In this document: positions 50,005 to 59,049 of the stretch, piece after piece
Layout of the letters: each line of letters opens with the position of its first letter
Numbering within the stretch: position 1 is the stretch's first letter
DNA from: Bacillota bacterium
GTDB lineage: Bacteria > Bacillota > Clostridia > Acetivibrionales > DTU013
Direction of reading: 5' to 3'
Length of the DNA: 64,000 nt
NCBI GenBank assembly: GCA_023426125.1
Contig: JAFABI010000029.1
Coordinates: 5,701 to 69,700, forward strand
Position numbers and translations under genes: made by a program
Notes under the pieces: generated by a model
What the model saw: only the letters and a program-made list of their open reading frames with translations
Told to the model about the DNA's origin: nothing
The model's database searches: none

Positions 50005-50517
50005 ATGAATGTTTTAATGCATATGTGCTGCGCACCGTGTTCCGTATATCCGGTGGACCGGCTGACAGCAGAAGGCTGCCGGTTGGAGGGACTGTTCTAC
50101 AATCCCAATATTCATCCGAGGGAAGAGTATGAAAAGCGCAGGGAGAATGTACGGATCTATTCCGGTATCAAAAACTTGAAGGTTAACTATATCGAGGATT
50201 TCAGGCAAAAGGAATGGGAACGCTTCAGCGGACAGGAAGCTGCAAGGTGTACCATGTGCTACGATATCCGGATGGACAGAGCGGCTTCCTTTGCAGCTGA
50301 AAACGGCTTTGACGCCTTTACCACTTCGCTTCTTGTAAGTCCTTACCAGAAGCATGATCTGATCAGGGAACTGGGTGAAAAATATGTGGAAAAGTACGGA
50401 GTGGATTTTCTGTACATGGATTTCCGACCCGGCTTCAGACAGGGACAGCAGCAGGCAAAAGAACTGGGGCTTTACAGACAGAAATACTGCGGCTGCATCA
50501 AATCGTTAAGGCAATAG
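50005..50517 (+). CDS. queH: Epoxyqueuosine reductase QueH (DUF208)
   Basis: MNVLMHMCCAPCS start, a CxxC (CTMC) in the middle and a C-terminal YRQKYCGC. Confidence 0.9.
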   Translation: MNVLMHMCCAPCSVYPVDRLTAEGCRLEGLFYNPNIHPREEYEKRRENVRIYSGIKNLKVNYIEDFRQKEWERFSGQEAARCTMCYDIRMDRAASFAAENGFDAFTTSLLVSPYQKHDLIRELGEKYVEKYGVDFLYMDFRPGFRQGQQQAKELGLYRQKYCGCIKSLRQ

Positions 50518-50578
50518 CCTTACATTTCGCATTTGTTACAAATTGGTTAAGAAAGAATAAAAAGAGTTTAAAATGTCG

Positions 50579-50613
50579 AAAAAATACTATACGATATACT
50601 ATAGTATTTTTTT
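50579..50613. terminator. Bidirectional AT-rich terminator palindrome
   Basis: AAAAAATACTATA-cgatatac-TATAGTATTTTTTT: stem ATACTATA/TATAGTAT flanked by an A-run and a T-run. Confidence 0.6.
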
Positions 50614-50756
50614 ACTTTGTGCTACGGCAAAACTTCATTATTTTATCGGCATTCCTGCGTCCTGGAAATATAATTGTGAACGCTTGAGCAGGTTATTTTC
50701 AGCGTAAATCCGGTAGTTGCCGCTGTAGCATCAGGATAAATTTTCTGTGAGGGAGC

Positions 50757-52496
50757 ATGATGAAAAGAGTATTCGCAGCAATACTGGTAGTTATAGTATT
50801 TACTGCATCGGCAGGAAGTACGTTTGCACAGCCGAATGCATCGGGAGAAAACAGACAGGCAACCGGCTTTTTAAATAACGTTGCTTATAAGATCCAAAAT
50901 TCATCTGAAATTGTGGATATGACAATCGTCAATTATACGGATTACAGCATTATGAGGCTATCAAACCCGGAAAGGATCGTAATCGACATATTCAATGCCG
51001 CAGCACCGGGAAAGCAGCAGTATGTTGCCGCCGGCGGTACGGTAATCAAATCGATAAGGTATGCCCAGTTTGACACTTACACTGCACGTGTGGTCCTGGA
51101 GGTCAACGGTCAGGCGGAATATGGAATAGAAGCTACGGAGTATGGCTTGCAATTATACATAGGTGATAAGCCCGGAAAAAATGAAGAAACGGAAGAAATC
51201 TCCGAAATCCCGGATGAAAAAGATATCCCGGAGGATGTAGATGCTCCCGCCGGCACTGCAGCCGCAGCCCAAAAATTATCTGTAAACAAGAACTTCAATA
51301 TTGAGTATACTCCAAAGGAAAATTCCGAGGAGGTTGCCATACTGTTAAGCAGTTACAGCAAGTATACCATCATGAGGATGACAGGCCATGACAGGCTGGT
51401 AATAGATATACCAAATACGAAGGATACCGGCAAGCAGCAGCAGATAGTTACTGGCGGAGCTCTGGTGAAATCTGTAAGATATTCCCAATACACCACCTCG
51501 CTGTCCAGAGTTGTGCTTGACTTGAACAATCAGTCCAAATATACCGTGAAGGAATCCAAAGGTAAGCTTTTGCTGATACTGGAAAAGCCTGATTACAAGA
51601 ATATGTTGTATCATAATAACGGCGACCGCGTGTACGTGACGTTGCAAGGTGCAAAGCTCACTTCCGGCGATGAATTCCTCAAAAAAATGTATACCGAGAA
51701 ACAGGATAATCAGGGCAAGAGATGTGTTATCACGTTCCCATCCGCACAGGCCGACCTGGGAGTCGGGAAACTGGAAATAAACGACGGCTATCTGAAATCC
51801 ATTGAAATAAAAACCGATGCGGCGGCCGGTACGACTTCCATCACGTTTCTGGCGGCTAAAAAATTCTCCTATATGGTATTTACAAGGACCAATCCCAAGG
51901 ACACTGCAATAACCCTCTTAAGTCCCGCAGCCAAATCCGACAAGCTGGTGGTGATCGATCCGGGACATGGAGGACAGATGCCGGGAGCGATATACAAAGG
52001 CCTTTATGAAAAAGAGCTCAACCTTGATATTGCAATCAGACTGAACCAGCTTTTGGAAAAGAAGAAGGTCAAAACCTATATGCTGAGGGAGGATGACAGC
52101 GATATAGCCAATTACGAAAGGGCATACATCGCAAACAAGCTGAATGCTTCATTGTATCTGAGCATACATAACAATGCCATGGATGATTCCACTTTCGGCG
52201 GAACCATGACGCTCTACTATCCGCAGAAAGCCAGCGCCAAAGGCTTTACCGGCAAGACCTTCGCGGGGATAATACAAAGCAGGCTTTTAAAGAGCCTGGG
52301 AACAACAGACCGGAAGATACAGGAAAGGCCCAACCTTGTCGTGCTGAAGGCAACCGCAATGCCGTCTGCCCTTGCCGAAGTCGCCTTTATGACCAACAGC
52401 AGGGACAGGAACAATCTGACAAGCGACGCTTTCAGGCAAAAAGCGGCGCAGGCCTTATGCGATTCCATTATTGAGGCATTAAGCAAAATTAAGTAG
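50757..52496 (+). CDS. N-acetylmuramoyl-L-alanine amidase (Amidase_3) with two AMIN domains
   Basis: Signal peptide. Duplicated AMIN-like modules (RIVIDIFNA...VKSIRYAQF..ARVVLEV and RLVIDIPNT..VKSVRYSQY..SRVVLDL). Catalytic region VVIDPGHGGQMPGA. Confidence 0.9.
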   Translation: MMKRVFAAILVVIVFTASAGSTFAQPNASGENRQATGFLNNVAYKIQNSSEIVDMTIVNYTDYSIMRLSNPERIVIDIFNAAAPGKQQYVAAGGTVIKSIRYAQFDTYTARVVLEVNGQAEYGIEATEYGLQLYIGDKPGKNEETEEISEIPDEKDIPEDVDAPAGTAAAAQKLSVNKNFNIEYTPKENSEEVAILLSSYSKYTIMRMTGHDRLVIDIPNTKDTGKQQQIVTGGALVKSVRYSQYTTSLSRVVLDLNNQSKYTVKESKGKLLLILEKPDYKNMLYHNNGDRVYVTLQGAKLTSGDEFLKKMYTEKQDNQGKRCVITFPSAQADLGVGKLEINDGYLKSIEIKTDAAAGTTSITFLAAKKFSYMVFTRTNPKDTAITLLSPAAKSDKLVVIDPGHGGQMPGAIYKGLYEKELNLDIAIRLNQLLEKKKVKTYMLREDDSDIANYERAYIANKLNASLYLSIHNNAMDDSTFGGTMTLYYPQKASAKGFTGKTFAGIIQSRLLKSLGTTDRKIQERPNLVVLKATAMPSALAEVAFMTNSRDRNNLTSDAFRQKAAQALCDSIIEALSKIK

Positions 52497-52828
52497 AATA
52501 AACCCAGGGCGAAATGTAATTTCCCGTATGAGTTTTTGGAAACGCAGCTCCATTGCGGCCTGCTTTTCCGAAAAGACGGAGAGATATGGTTTCAGTGCTC
52601 TTAAAACAGCCGATGGCACCACGGCCGAACATCATTAATTAATAAAAATTTATAAAAAAAACCGGTGGAATTTATATATTCTACTGATTTTTTTTATACC
52701 GGGCTTATGATAACATAAAAAGGCGGGAAATAATAAATACCTTCAATGTTGTCCATAATTATAAAGGAAAGAGGACACGCCGGAAAGGCCCTCTTTTACA
52801 GGATGAATTGATAATTATGGAGGATAAC

Positions 52829-53902
52829 ATGAAGAGGTGTTTGGCTTTAACGGCAGTACTGGCCTTGTTGATGCTTTTCGCGGGTTGCGCTCTTCCCACG
52901 GGCAAGGACGAGGTGATACCGGATACTACAAGTCGTATCGGCGAAGCTGAAAATACTGTGGCATCCGATGAAAATACCAGCGATAAAACAACGGGATCGG
53001 AGAGCGACAGCAAGGAAAACGGTATCGATGTTTCGGAAAATGCTTTAATGACGCCTGTTACATTATATTATCAGGATGTCGACGGATATCTGATACCTAT
53101 GACAAGGTGGGTGGACAAACAGCCTGGAATTGCCAGAGCGGCTTTGAATGGTTTGACCGACAGTGCGATAACCCGGGAGGAACTGCAGTATTATGGCGTC
53201 TATCCCATATTGCCGGTTGATACGGAAGTCCGTGGTATCAATATCAAGGATGGAATTGCAACCGTGGACTTTAACGGCAGGCTGCTGGATTATGGAAATG
53301 AGGACATTGAAAAAAGCATAGTAGCATCTGTGGTATATACCCTGACGGAATTTTCCACCATAAGCAGCGTAAAGCTTCAGGTGAACGGGAAGGTTCTTGA
53401 TACCATGAAATACGGTACAGAGATCTCGGGGCTGCTTAGCAGAAGCAACGTTCCCATAAACAACAGACTGGATAAGGGTGCGAAAAAAGCGGATATTTTT
53501 TATTTTAAACGGTCAAACGAAGGATTTACTTTTCTTTTGCCTGTTTCGGTAAAAATAAAGGATTCTGAGGAAATAACGCCGAATCTACTGGTAAAGCAGC
53601 TGCTGCTGGAAAAGACAGATACAAAGCTGATTTCTGAAATGCCGGCGGGAGCGGAGCTCCTAAACTGTACCAACAACAGCGGGGTGCTGCTTGTGGATTT
53701 TGATGAAAAATTCCTTGATTACGGGGGAAATGCCCGTGAGGAAGGCTTGCTGAAGCAGTTGGTTTACACGGTGAGGCAAAGCGGCGGAATCAGCAAGGTG
53801 AAAATAAACATAAACGGGGAGGCAGCCCAATTGCCCGAGGGAACCTATATATCTTCGGGAATTGCCATTCCCAGGACAATCAACGATATCATCGACAGGT
53901 GA
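52829..53902 (+). CDS. gerM: GerM-type germination/sporulation lipoprotein (two GerMN domains)
   Basis: Lipobox LFAGCALP. Two repeats with the GerMN pattern (..GIATVDFN.. and ..GVLLVDFDEKF..). Sits upstream of rph, as in Bacillus. Confidence 0.8.
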   Translation: MKRCLALTAVLALLMLFAGCALPTGKDEVIPDTTSRIGEAENTVASDENTSDKTTGSESDSKENGIDVSENALMTPVTLYYQDVDGYLIPMTRWVDKQPGIARAALNGLTDSAITREELQYYGVYPILPVDTEVRGINIKDGIATVDFNGRLLDYGNEDIEKSIVASVVYTLTEFSTISSVKLQVNGKVLDTMKYGTEISGLLSRSNVPINNRLDKGAKKADIFYFKRSNEGFTFLLPVSVKIKDSEEITPNLLVKQLLLEKTDTKLISEMPAGAELLNCTNNSGVLLVDFDEKFLDYGGNAREEGLLKQLVYTVRQSGGISKVKININGEAAQLPEGTYISSGIAIPRTINDIIDR

Positions 53903-53939
53903 CAGATGCTGCAAGAAAGCTTTGCAGATACAATAAAGG

Positions 53940-54674
53940 ATGGTTTATAACTTGAGATCCGATTTGAGAGAAAACAGTGAATTGAGACCGTTTAAAATGA
54001 CCAGGAATTATATCAGGCACGCGGAAGGGTCCGTTCTGATGGAAATGGGTGGTACAAAGGTTATCTGTACCGCATCCGTTGACGAGAGTGTGCCTCTTTT
54101 TAAGAAGAACACCGGAGAGGGCTGGGTAACTGCGGAATATGCCATGCTGCCCAGAGCTACCGCCACCAGAAACAGCAGGGACATCAGCAAGCTGAAGCTC
54201 AATGGCAGAAGCCAGGAAATTCAAAGGCTGATAGGGCGTTCCTTAAGATCGGTAACGAATATGAAGCTGCTGGGTGAAAGACAGATCATCATCGACTGTG
54301 ACGTCATCCAGGCAGACGGAGGAACGAGGACCGCTTCCATTACAGGCGCTTTTGTGGCCCTGGCGGATGCATGCCGGTATCTGATGGAAAAAGGTCTGAT
54401 AGAAAAATTTCCTGTTTCAGACTTTTTAGCTGCGGTCAGCGTAGGTATCGTAGGAAAGGATGAAATGCTGGATCTGAGTTATGAAGAGGATTCCAATGCC
54501 GTTGTCGATATGAATGTGGTAATGTCCGGCGACGGCAGATTTATTGAAATACAGGCGACGGGTGAGCAATCGCCTTACAGCAGGCAAAAGTTCGATCGAC
54601 TGCTTGACCTGGCATGTACAGGGATAGAGGAGCTTATCGGCTTACAAAAAAGCCTGGTAGGCGAATTGATATGA
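53940..54674 (+). CDS. rph: Ribonuclease PH
   Basis: [33 protein letters not shown] and [18 protein letters not shown]. Confidence 0.95.
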   Translation: MVYNLRSDLRENSELRPFKMTRNYIRHAEGSVLMEMGGTKVICTASVDESVPLFKKNTGEGWVTAEYAMLPRATATRNSRDISKLKLNGRSQEIQRLIGRSLRSVTNMKLLGERQIIIDCDVIQADGGTRTASITGAFVALADACRYLMEKGLIEKFPVSDFLAAVSVGIVGKDEMLDLSYEEDSNAVVDMNVVMSGDGRFIEIQATGEQSPYSRQKFDRLLDLACTGIEELIGLQKSLVGELI

Positions 54675-54698
54675 AATGCGGGGGGAGAAAAACAGGGG

Positions 54699-55319
54699 AT
54701 GATGAGGTTTGTTGCAGCAACCGGAAACAAGGGCAAACTCAAGGAGATAAAAGAAATTCTGGCTTCTTTCCCGCTGGAGGTTTTATCCATGGGAGAAGCC
54801 GGAATACATCAGGATATAGAGGAAACGGGGAAGACCTTCGAAGAAAACGCAGTGATTAAAGCAAGCCATATCGCCGGGATAACAAAGGACATTGTGATGG
54901 CGGACGATTCCGGACTTGAGGTTGATTATCTGAATGGAGAGCCGGGCATCTATTCGTCAAGATTTGCCGGCGAAGGCGCCAGTGATGAGGATAAAAACAG
55001 GAAGCTTCTAGGGCTGCTGCAGGGTGTGCCCTTCGAAAAAAGGAGCGCCAGGTTTGTTTGTGCCGTTGCGGTAGTTTTCCCTGACGGAAGCAGCTTCACT
55101 GTAAAGGGAACCTGTGAAGGATATATTGGTGAAGAGCCTGCAGGTCATAATGGTTTCGGCTATGACCCGCTTTTTTATATGCCGGAATATGAAAAGACAA
55201 TAGCAGAAATGGATGCAGAGACGAAAAACAGGATAAGTCACAGAGGGAAAGCGCTGAGAAAGATGGTTGAAGAACTGAAAAAAAGAAATATTGAAGAACT
55301 TGCCTGCAGCAGGTTGTGA
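54699..55319 (+). CDS. rdgB: XTP/dITP diphosphatase (RdgB/HAM1 family)
   Basis: FVAATGNKGKLKEI, DDSGLEVDYLNGEPGIYSSRF, GFGYDPLF and ISHRGKAL. Confidence 0.95.
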   Translation: MMRFVAATGNKGKLKEIKEILASFPLEVLSMGEAGIHQDIEETGKTFEENAVIKASHIAGITKDIVMADDSGLEVDYLNGEPGIYSSRFAGEGASDEDKNRKLLGLLQGVPFEKRSARFVCAVAVVFPDGSSFTVKGTCEGYIGEEPAGHNGFGYDPLFYMPEYEKTIAEMDAETKNRISHRGKALRKMVEELKKRNIEELACSRL

Positions 55320-55342
55320 CGGGGAGACTAACGGGGGTTTTA

Positions 55343-55822
55343 ATGAAAATTTTGGTTATAAGCGATACGCATGGCGATACCAACAAAGCGGAGGAAGCGA
55401 TAAGAAATAACAGGGAAGTAGATTTGATCATTCATCTTGGTGATTATTTCAGGGATGCACAGAAGTTGTCCGGTATTTTTCCCGAGATTCCCATGGAATA
55501 TATTTATGGAAACAGCGACTTTATGATTGAAGACGTACCTGCTGAAAAAGTGCTGGAGGTGTGCGGAAAACGCATCTTCATAACCCATGGACACAGGTAT
55601 TCGGTAAAATGGGACTACGAAAAGCTTTACAGAAAAGCCGAGGAAATGAATGTGGATTTGCTGCTCTTCGGACATACACATGTCGCCGACCTTATTGAAA
55701 GGGGAAGCTACTGCATATTAAATCCCGGCAGTACCAGTGATCCCAGGGATGATTCCAATGAATCCTATGCAATCATTGAAATCGATAACGGCAAGATTGT
55801 ACCCAGACTGTGCTATTTCTGA
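55343..55822 (+). CDS. YfcE/MJ0936-family metallophosphoesterase (YsnB-like)
   Basis: MKILVISDTHGD, HLGD, GNSD, FITHGH and FGHTH motifs. Confidence 0.9.
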   Translation: MKILVISDTHGDTNKAEEAIRNNREVDLIIHLGDYFRDAQKLSGIFPEIPMEYIYGNSDFMIEDVPAEKVLEVCGKRIFITHGHRYSVKWDYEKLYRKAEEMNVDLLLFGHTHVADLIERGSYCILNPGSTSDPRDDSNESYAIIEIDNGKIVPRLCYF

Positions 55823-55894
55823 AGTCTGTGTATTTAGACTGCGGAGGGAAACGGTTTACCGGATATTTACAGTAAAATGTCATACATATCGGGA

Positions 55895-55923
55895 TTGACA
55901 AACATGAGGACCCATTGTATAAT
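55895..55923 (+). promoter_or_regulatory. Consensus sigma-A promoter for the tRNA pair
   Basis: TTGACA (55895-55900), a 17-nt spacer, then TATAAT (55918-55923), about 19 nt upstream of tRNA-Gly. Confidence 0.7.
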
Positions 55924-55941
55924 ATTCAAGCAGGTAAACGT

Positions 55942-56015
55942 GCGGGTGTAGTTCAATGGTAGAACATCAGCCTTCCAAGCTGATTGCGTGGGTCCGATTC
56001 CCATCACCCGCTCCA
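55942..56015 (+). tRNA. tRNA-Gly (anticodon UCC), CCA encoded
   Basis: Folded by hand. Acceptor GCGGGTG/CACCCGC, D arm GTTC..GAAC, anticodon stem TCAGC/GCTGA with loop CTTCCAA, and T arm GTGGG/CCCAT. Confidence 0.9.
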
Positions 56016-56048
56016 TAAATACAGATGGAATACGTTTCTGTGTTTTAT

Positions 56049-56125
56049 GTGCCCATAGCTCAGCTGGATAGAGCAACGGATTTCTAATCCGTTGGCCGGG
56101 GGTTCGAATCCCTCTGGGCACGCCA
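56049..56125 (+). tRNA. tRNA-Arg (anticodon UCU), CCA encoded
   Basis: Acceptor GTGCCCA/TGGGCAC, D arm GCTC..GAGC, anticodon stem ACGGA/TCCGT with loop TTTCTAA, and T loop GGTTCGAATCC. Confidence 0.9.
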
Positions 56126-56127
56126 GT

Positions 56128-56158
56128 AATACCAAGCCTTTCGGGGTTTGGTATTTTT
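56128..56158 (+). terminator. Rho-independent terminator after the tRNA pair
   Basis: AATACCAAGCC-tttc-GGGGTTTGGTATTTTT. Confidence 0.7.
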
Positions 56159-56249
56159 CATTGTATAGGCCAATACCGACACTTCACCGACAATTTGAAT
56201 AGACACAAAAAAGTGTCGTTTTCACCGACACTACACAAAGGAACTTCCA

Positions 56250-57509
56250 TTAATTAGCTTTGTTGTCTTCCATTTTCTCTTGATTTTTCGAAGGATACAG
56301 CTTGGACATTTTATCGACAGATGATTGATCTCCTCTTCTAAACTTATGGCCATATCTTCGCATTAGCATTGTTGTGTCGGCATGCCCCAAGCGCTCAGCA
56401 ACATTTACAAGGTTTTCGCCAGCATCTATCAAGTAGGAAGCGGAGGTATGCCGCAAACCGTGCAGGGGCAGAGGAGGCAGTTTATGTTTTTTTAAGAATT
56501 TATTGAGCCTTGCGGAATAACTATAAGTGTACATTTGTGAACCGTCCGGATCTATGAACACTAAACCGGTGTTTACCCAAATGTTTGCACATTCCGCCTT
56601 CTGGATCTTCTGCTTATGTTGTAGATCGGAAAGCATATCCATAACGGCCTCAGGAAGCCCTATGAAACGTATAGATGTCTCATTCTTCGGATACTCCTTT
56701 ATAAATGATCCTTTATGAGGCAGGTATTGGGATACTTGATTAATAAATATTGTTCCTTCTTCAAAGTCCACATTGCACCAAGGCAATCCCATTGCTTCAC
56801 CGAGTCTGCATCCAGATGCTAACAATAAATGAATAGCTGTCTTGAATTGAAAATCCTTTTCCTCTTCAAGGGCAGCTTTAAGGGATTCGATTTCATCATC
56901 TGTATAAGATATCGCTTCCTGTTTATCTGGTGAAGGCACGTCCGCGCCTAACAAGGGGTTTACTTTTATGTTACCTTTTTTCAATGCTCTGTTTATCAAT
57001 ATACTTATTACCCTGTGGCAATGGTAAACTGTGGCCTCCGTTAAAGTGTATTCTTTTGTCCGAGTAGTTCCGTCCTTCTTAGTATAGGTTTTTTTCTGGG
57101 GCTTCCTGAATTCGTTATAGGCTTCGTCTAAAATATCTGAGGTTATATCTTCCAGTTTATAATTGCCGATAGCAGGAATGATGTGGAGCTTCAATAATTC
57201 TTCATATCGATATACTGTCTTGGGCGCCAGCTTTTTGTATTCAGGGCTTTCCCTCCACTTCTCCACAAGGTTGATAAAGCTGGTATGTGTGGGTTTTTTG
57301 ACTTCGCCTTTTTTGACTTCGGATTCAAAAACTGCCAACTGCTTTTCAGCCAACTTGTCTATATCTTCGGGTGTGGCGTCTTTTTTGTGCTTGATCACGA
57401 CTGTCTTATAAAACTTCCGGCGCTTCCCTTTGCCGTCAAAGCCATGGGAAACCTCAAATTGGTATTTATCTATTGTCCCTGGAATCAGTTTCTTGTAGCC
57501 GCCTGCCAT
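56250..57509 (-). CDS. Tyrosine site-specific integrase (phage integrase family)
   Basis: C-terminal catalytic residues in ASGCRLGEAMGL (Arg), HGLRHTSASY (His-x-x-Arg) and LGHADTTMLMRRYGH (His..Tyr). N-terminal SAM-like arm/core-binding region. Confidence 0.9.
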   Translation of the reverse strand: MAGGYKKLIPGTIDKYQFEVSHGFDGKGKRRKFYKTVVIKHKKDATPEDIDKLAEKQLAVFESEVKKGEVKKPTHTSFINLVEKWRESPEYKKLAPKTVYRYEELLKLHIIPAIGNYKLEDITSDILDEAYNEFRKPQKKTYTKKDGTTRTKEYTLTEATVYHCHRVISILINRALKKGNIKVNPLLGADVPSPDKQEAISYTDDEIESLKAALEEEKDFQFKTAIHLLLASGCRLGEAMGLPWCNVDFEEGTIFINQVSQYLPHKGSFIKEYPKNETSIRFIGLPEAVMDMLSDLQHKQKIQKAECANIWVNTGLVFIDPDGSQMYTYSYSARLNKFLKKHKLPPLPLHGLRHTSASYLIDAGENLVNVAERLGHADTTMLMRRYGHKFRRGDQSSVDKMSKLYPSKNQEKMEDNKAN

Positions 57510-57525
57510 TATTATTCACTCCTTC

Positions 57526-58494
57526 TCATTTATTCCTTTTAATAGATTCTAGCCAGTTAATATATTCTTCTTCGCTTTTAACACCGTTTTTTATGTCTGA
57601 TTTCCATTGTTTTGAATGGGTTTTAAAACTTTCAAAGTCATTTTTATACTGTATGATATCTGGATTTCTCCTTAGTAACATTTGTTTTTGCATATAGATA
57701 GCTCGATACAAACCAGAAGCTTCATCGTTTTTTAGTTTCTTTCTATATGCATATAATGCTCCAGCTTCCTTGCAGGTCTTAGAAGTATCTTGAGGGCTTG
57801 TTCTATCACAATAAATTGCATCCACTCTGTTGAAAGGTATAAAGTAATTTCCACAATTATCGCACTTTTTTATTATGTACCCTTCATTAAAAATGCATTG
57901 TAATGAAGCCATGCATAACTCAAGTAAATTACTATAATCGCTCGAATAAAAGAAGGCTGAATTTTCCCTGTTTTTTTCATAGGTATTAAATAAATCCTTA
58001 ATATTATCTTCGCTTTTAGTTTTGAAGGAATTACCCTTTTGCGCATTAAACCCTATTGACTGTGCCAATGGCTTTACTTCTATAAGTTCATACGATGACA
58101 AAACAATTAGGTATTCTATTGAGCAATATTTAGAATTCTTTGAACAAAGATCAAGGAAATACTTAATAGACCAAAGGCTATTATAGTTGAGATCGGTAAT
58201 TAGTGCTGTTGAATATTCATTATAAAGAAAACTTTTATAAAATTCGGCATCTTCATAATATTTATTGCCAATTTCTTCAACCGAATTCTTTTTAAGATTT
58301 CTTTTGTAATCCCCCATAATATCCAGCGTTTCCATTATTTTGAATAGTGTATAGCCTAAAGGATATTCCTTTTCAATAGTAGTTGTTTCATGGCTTTTAT
58401 AACGAATTATAGAATAATAGTAATATTCGATGTTTGAATTCTTTGTATGGTTGTATGTTTTAGATTCAATAATTTTTTTGGCGTTATCCATCAA
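57526..58494 (-). CDS. AT-rich orphan protein (322 aa) with a C-terminal Cys-cluster/zinc-ribbon-like helical domain; possibly the family catalogued as DUF6076
   Basis: CDNCGNYFIPFNRVDAIYCDR..TSKTCKEAG followed by a basic helical tail. The Asn/Tyr/Lys-rich N-terminal ~200 aa has no motif. It lies 16 nt upstream of int on the same strand. Confidence 0.6.
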   Translation of the reverse strand: MMDNAKKIIESKTYNHTKNSNIEYYYYSIIRYKSHETTTIEKEYPLGYTLFKIMETLDIMGDYKRNLKKNSVEEIGNKYYEDAEFYKSFLYNEYSTALITDLNYNSLWSIKYFLDLCSKNSKYCSIEYLIVLSSYELIEVKPLAQSIGFNAQKGNSFKTKSEDNIKDLFNTYEKNRENSAFFYSSDYSNLLELCMASLQCIFNEGYIIKKCDNCGNYFIPFNRVDAIYCDRTSPQDTSKTCKEAGALYAYRKKLKNDEASGLYRAIYMQKQMLLRRNPDIIQYKNDFESFKTHSKQWKSDIKNGVKSEEEYINWLESIKRNK

Positions 58495-58506
58495 TGCACC
58501 TCGGTG

Positions 58507-58587
58507 TTATCAATTGATAAAATAATTAATAATGATCTACATGTTATCAATAAAATAGAAATGATATTGCGTGATAACATGTTATCA
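58507..58587. promoter_or_regulatory. Divergent control region with TTATCA/TGATAA palindromic operator candidates
   Basis: Perfect 14-bp palindrome TTATCAATTGATAA (58507-58520), a half-site ACATGTTATCA (58539-58549), and a perfect 16-bp palindrome TGATAACATGTTATCA (58572-58587). Confidence 0.5.
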
Positions 58588-58646
58588 TTTATAATTTTAT
58601 TATAGTCATTATTAACATTAAAATCAATAGAGGGGAGGAAATTATT

Positions 58647-58841
58647 TTGAGGAATCAAGAGACACGGATAGAAATTAAGGAGAGCGGCATACGTTACTGG
58701 ATGATAGCGGAAAAACTAGGTATCTCCGATGTAACATTTAGCCGCAGGTTGAGAAAAGAGCTTCCTACCGTTGAAAAGTTAAAGATAAGGCAGGTAATAT
58801 CTGAAATCAAGGAGGCTTCAAAGCATGCCACAGTTGTTTGA
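58647..58841 (+). CDS. Small helix-turn-helix DNA-binding protein (Cro/Str-like position)
   Basis: 64 aa. IRYWMIAEKLGISDVTFSRRLRK looks like an HTH. TTG start 8 nt after a GGGGAGG RBS. Confidence 0.55.
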   Translation: MRNQETRIEIKESGIRYWMIAEKLGISDVTFSRRLRKELPTVEKLKIRQVISEIKEASKHATVV

Positions 58842-59049
58842 CAAAAAAGAGCTCATAGAATACATGGGCGGCAAACTAACAAATGACACAGCTGGCAGAT
58901 TAACCCGAGAAGGTAAAATTCCAGTAGTGAAATTTCCAGGAATCCGCCGGTACTTCTATGAGAAGGAAGCAATAGACAGGTGGCTAGAAGGTCTTCAGCA
59001 TGGCACACAGGATAAAACACTACGACTTGCAAAGTTAGGGGAAAAATGA
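58825..59049 (+). CDS. Excisionase-type (MerR-superfamily) HTH protein
   Basis: ELIEYMG..TAGRLTREGKIPVVKFPGIRRYFYEKEAIDRWL matches the Xis/AlpA-like HTH_17 pattern. Overlaps both neighbouring genes. Confidence 0.65.
   Translation: MPQLFDKKELIEYMGGKLTNDTAGRLTREGKIPVVKFPGIRRYFYEKEAIDRWLEGLQHGTQDKTLRLAKLGEK

Noticed and set aside
52497-52807. Possible ncRNA in the 310-bp spacer between the amidase and gerM genes
   Set aside because: I could find no conserved RNA core, no strong structure and no match to the repeat families. It probably holds just a terminator and promoter, and I cannot support a call.
58647-59049. Toxin-antitoxin reading of the two small overlapping ORFs
   Set aside because: Both look like DNA-binding HTH proteins (Cro/Str-like and Xis/AlpA-like). 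Their position at the head of the replication operon fits regulators, and neither has a toxin fold.
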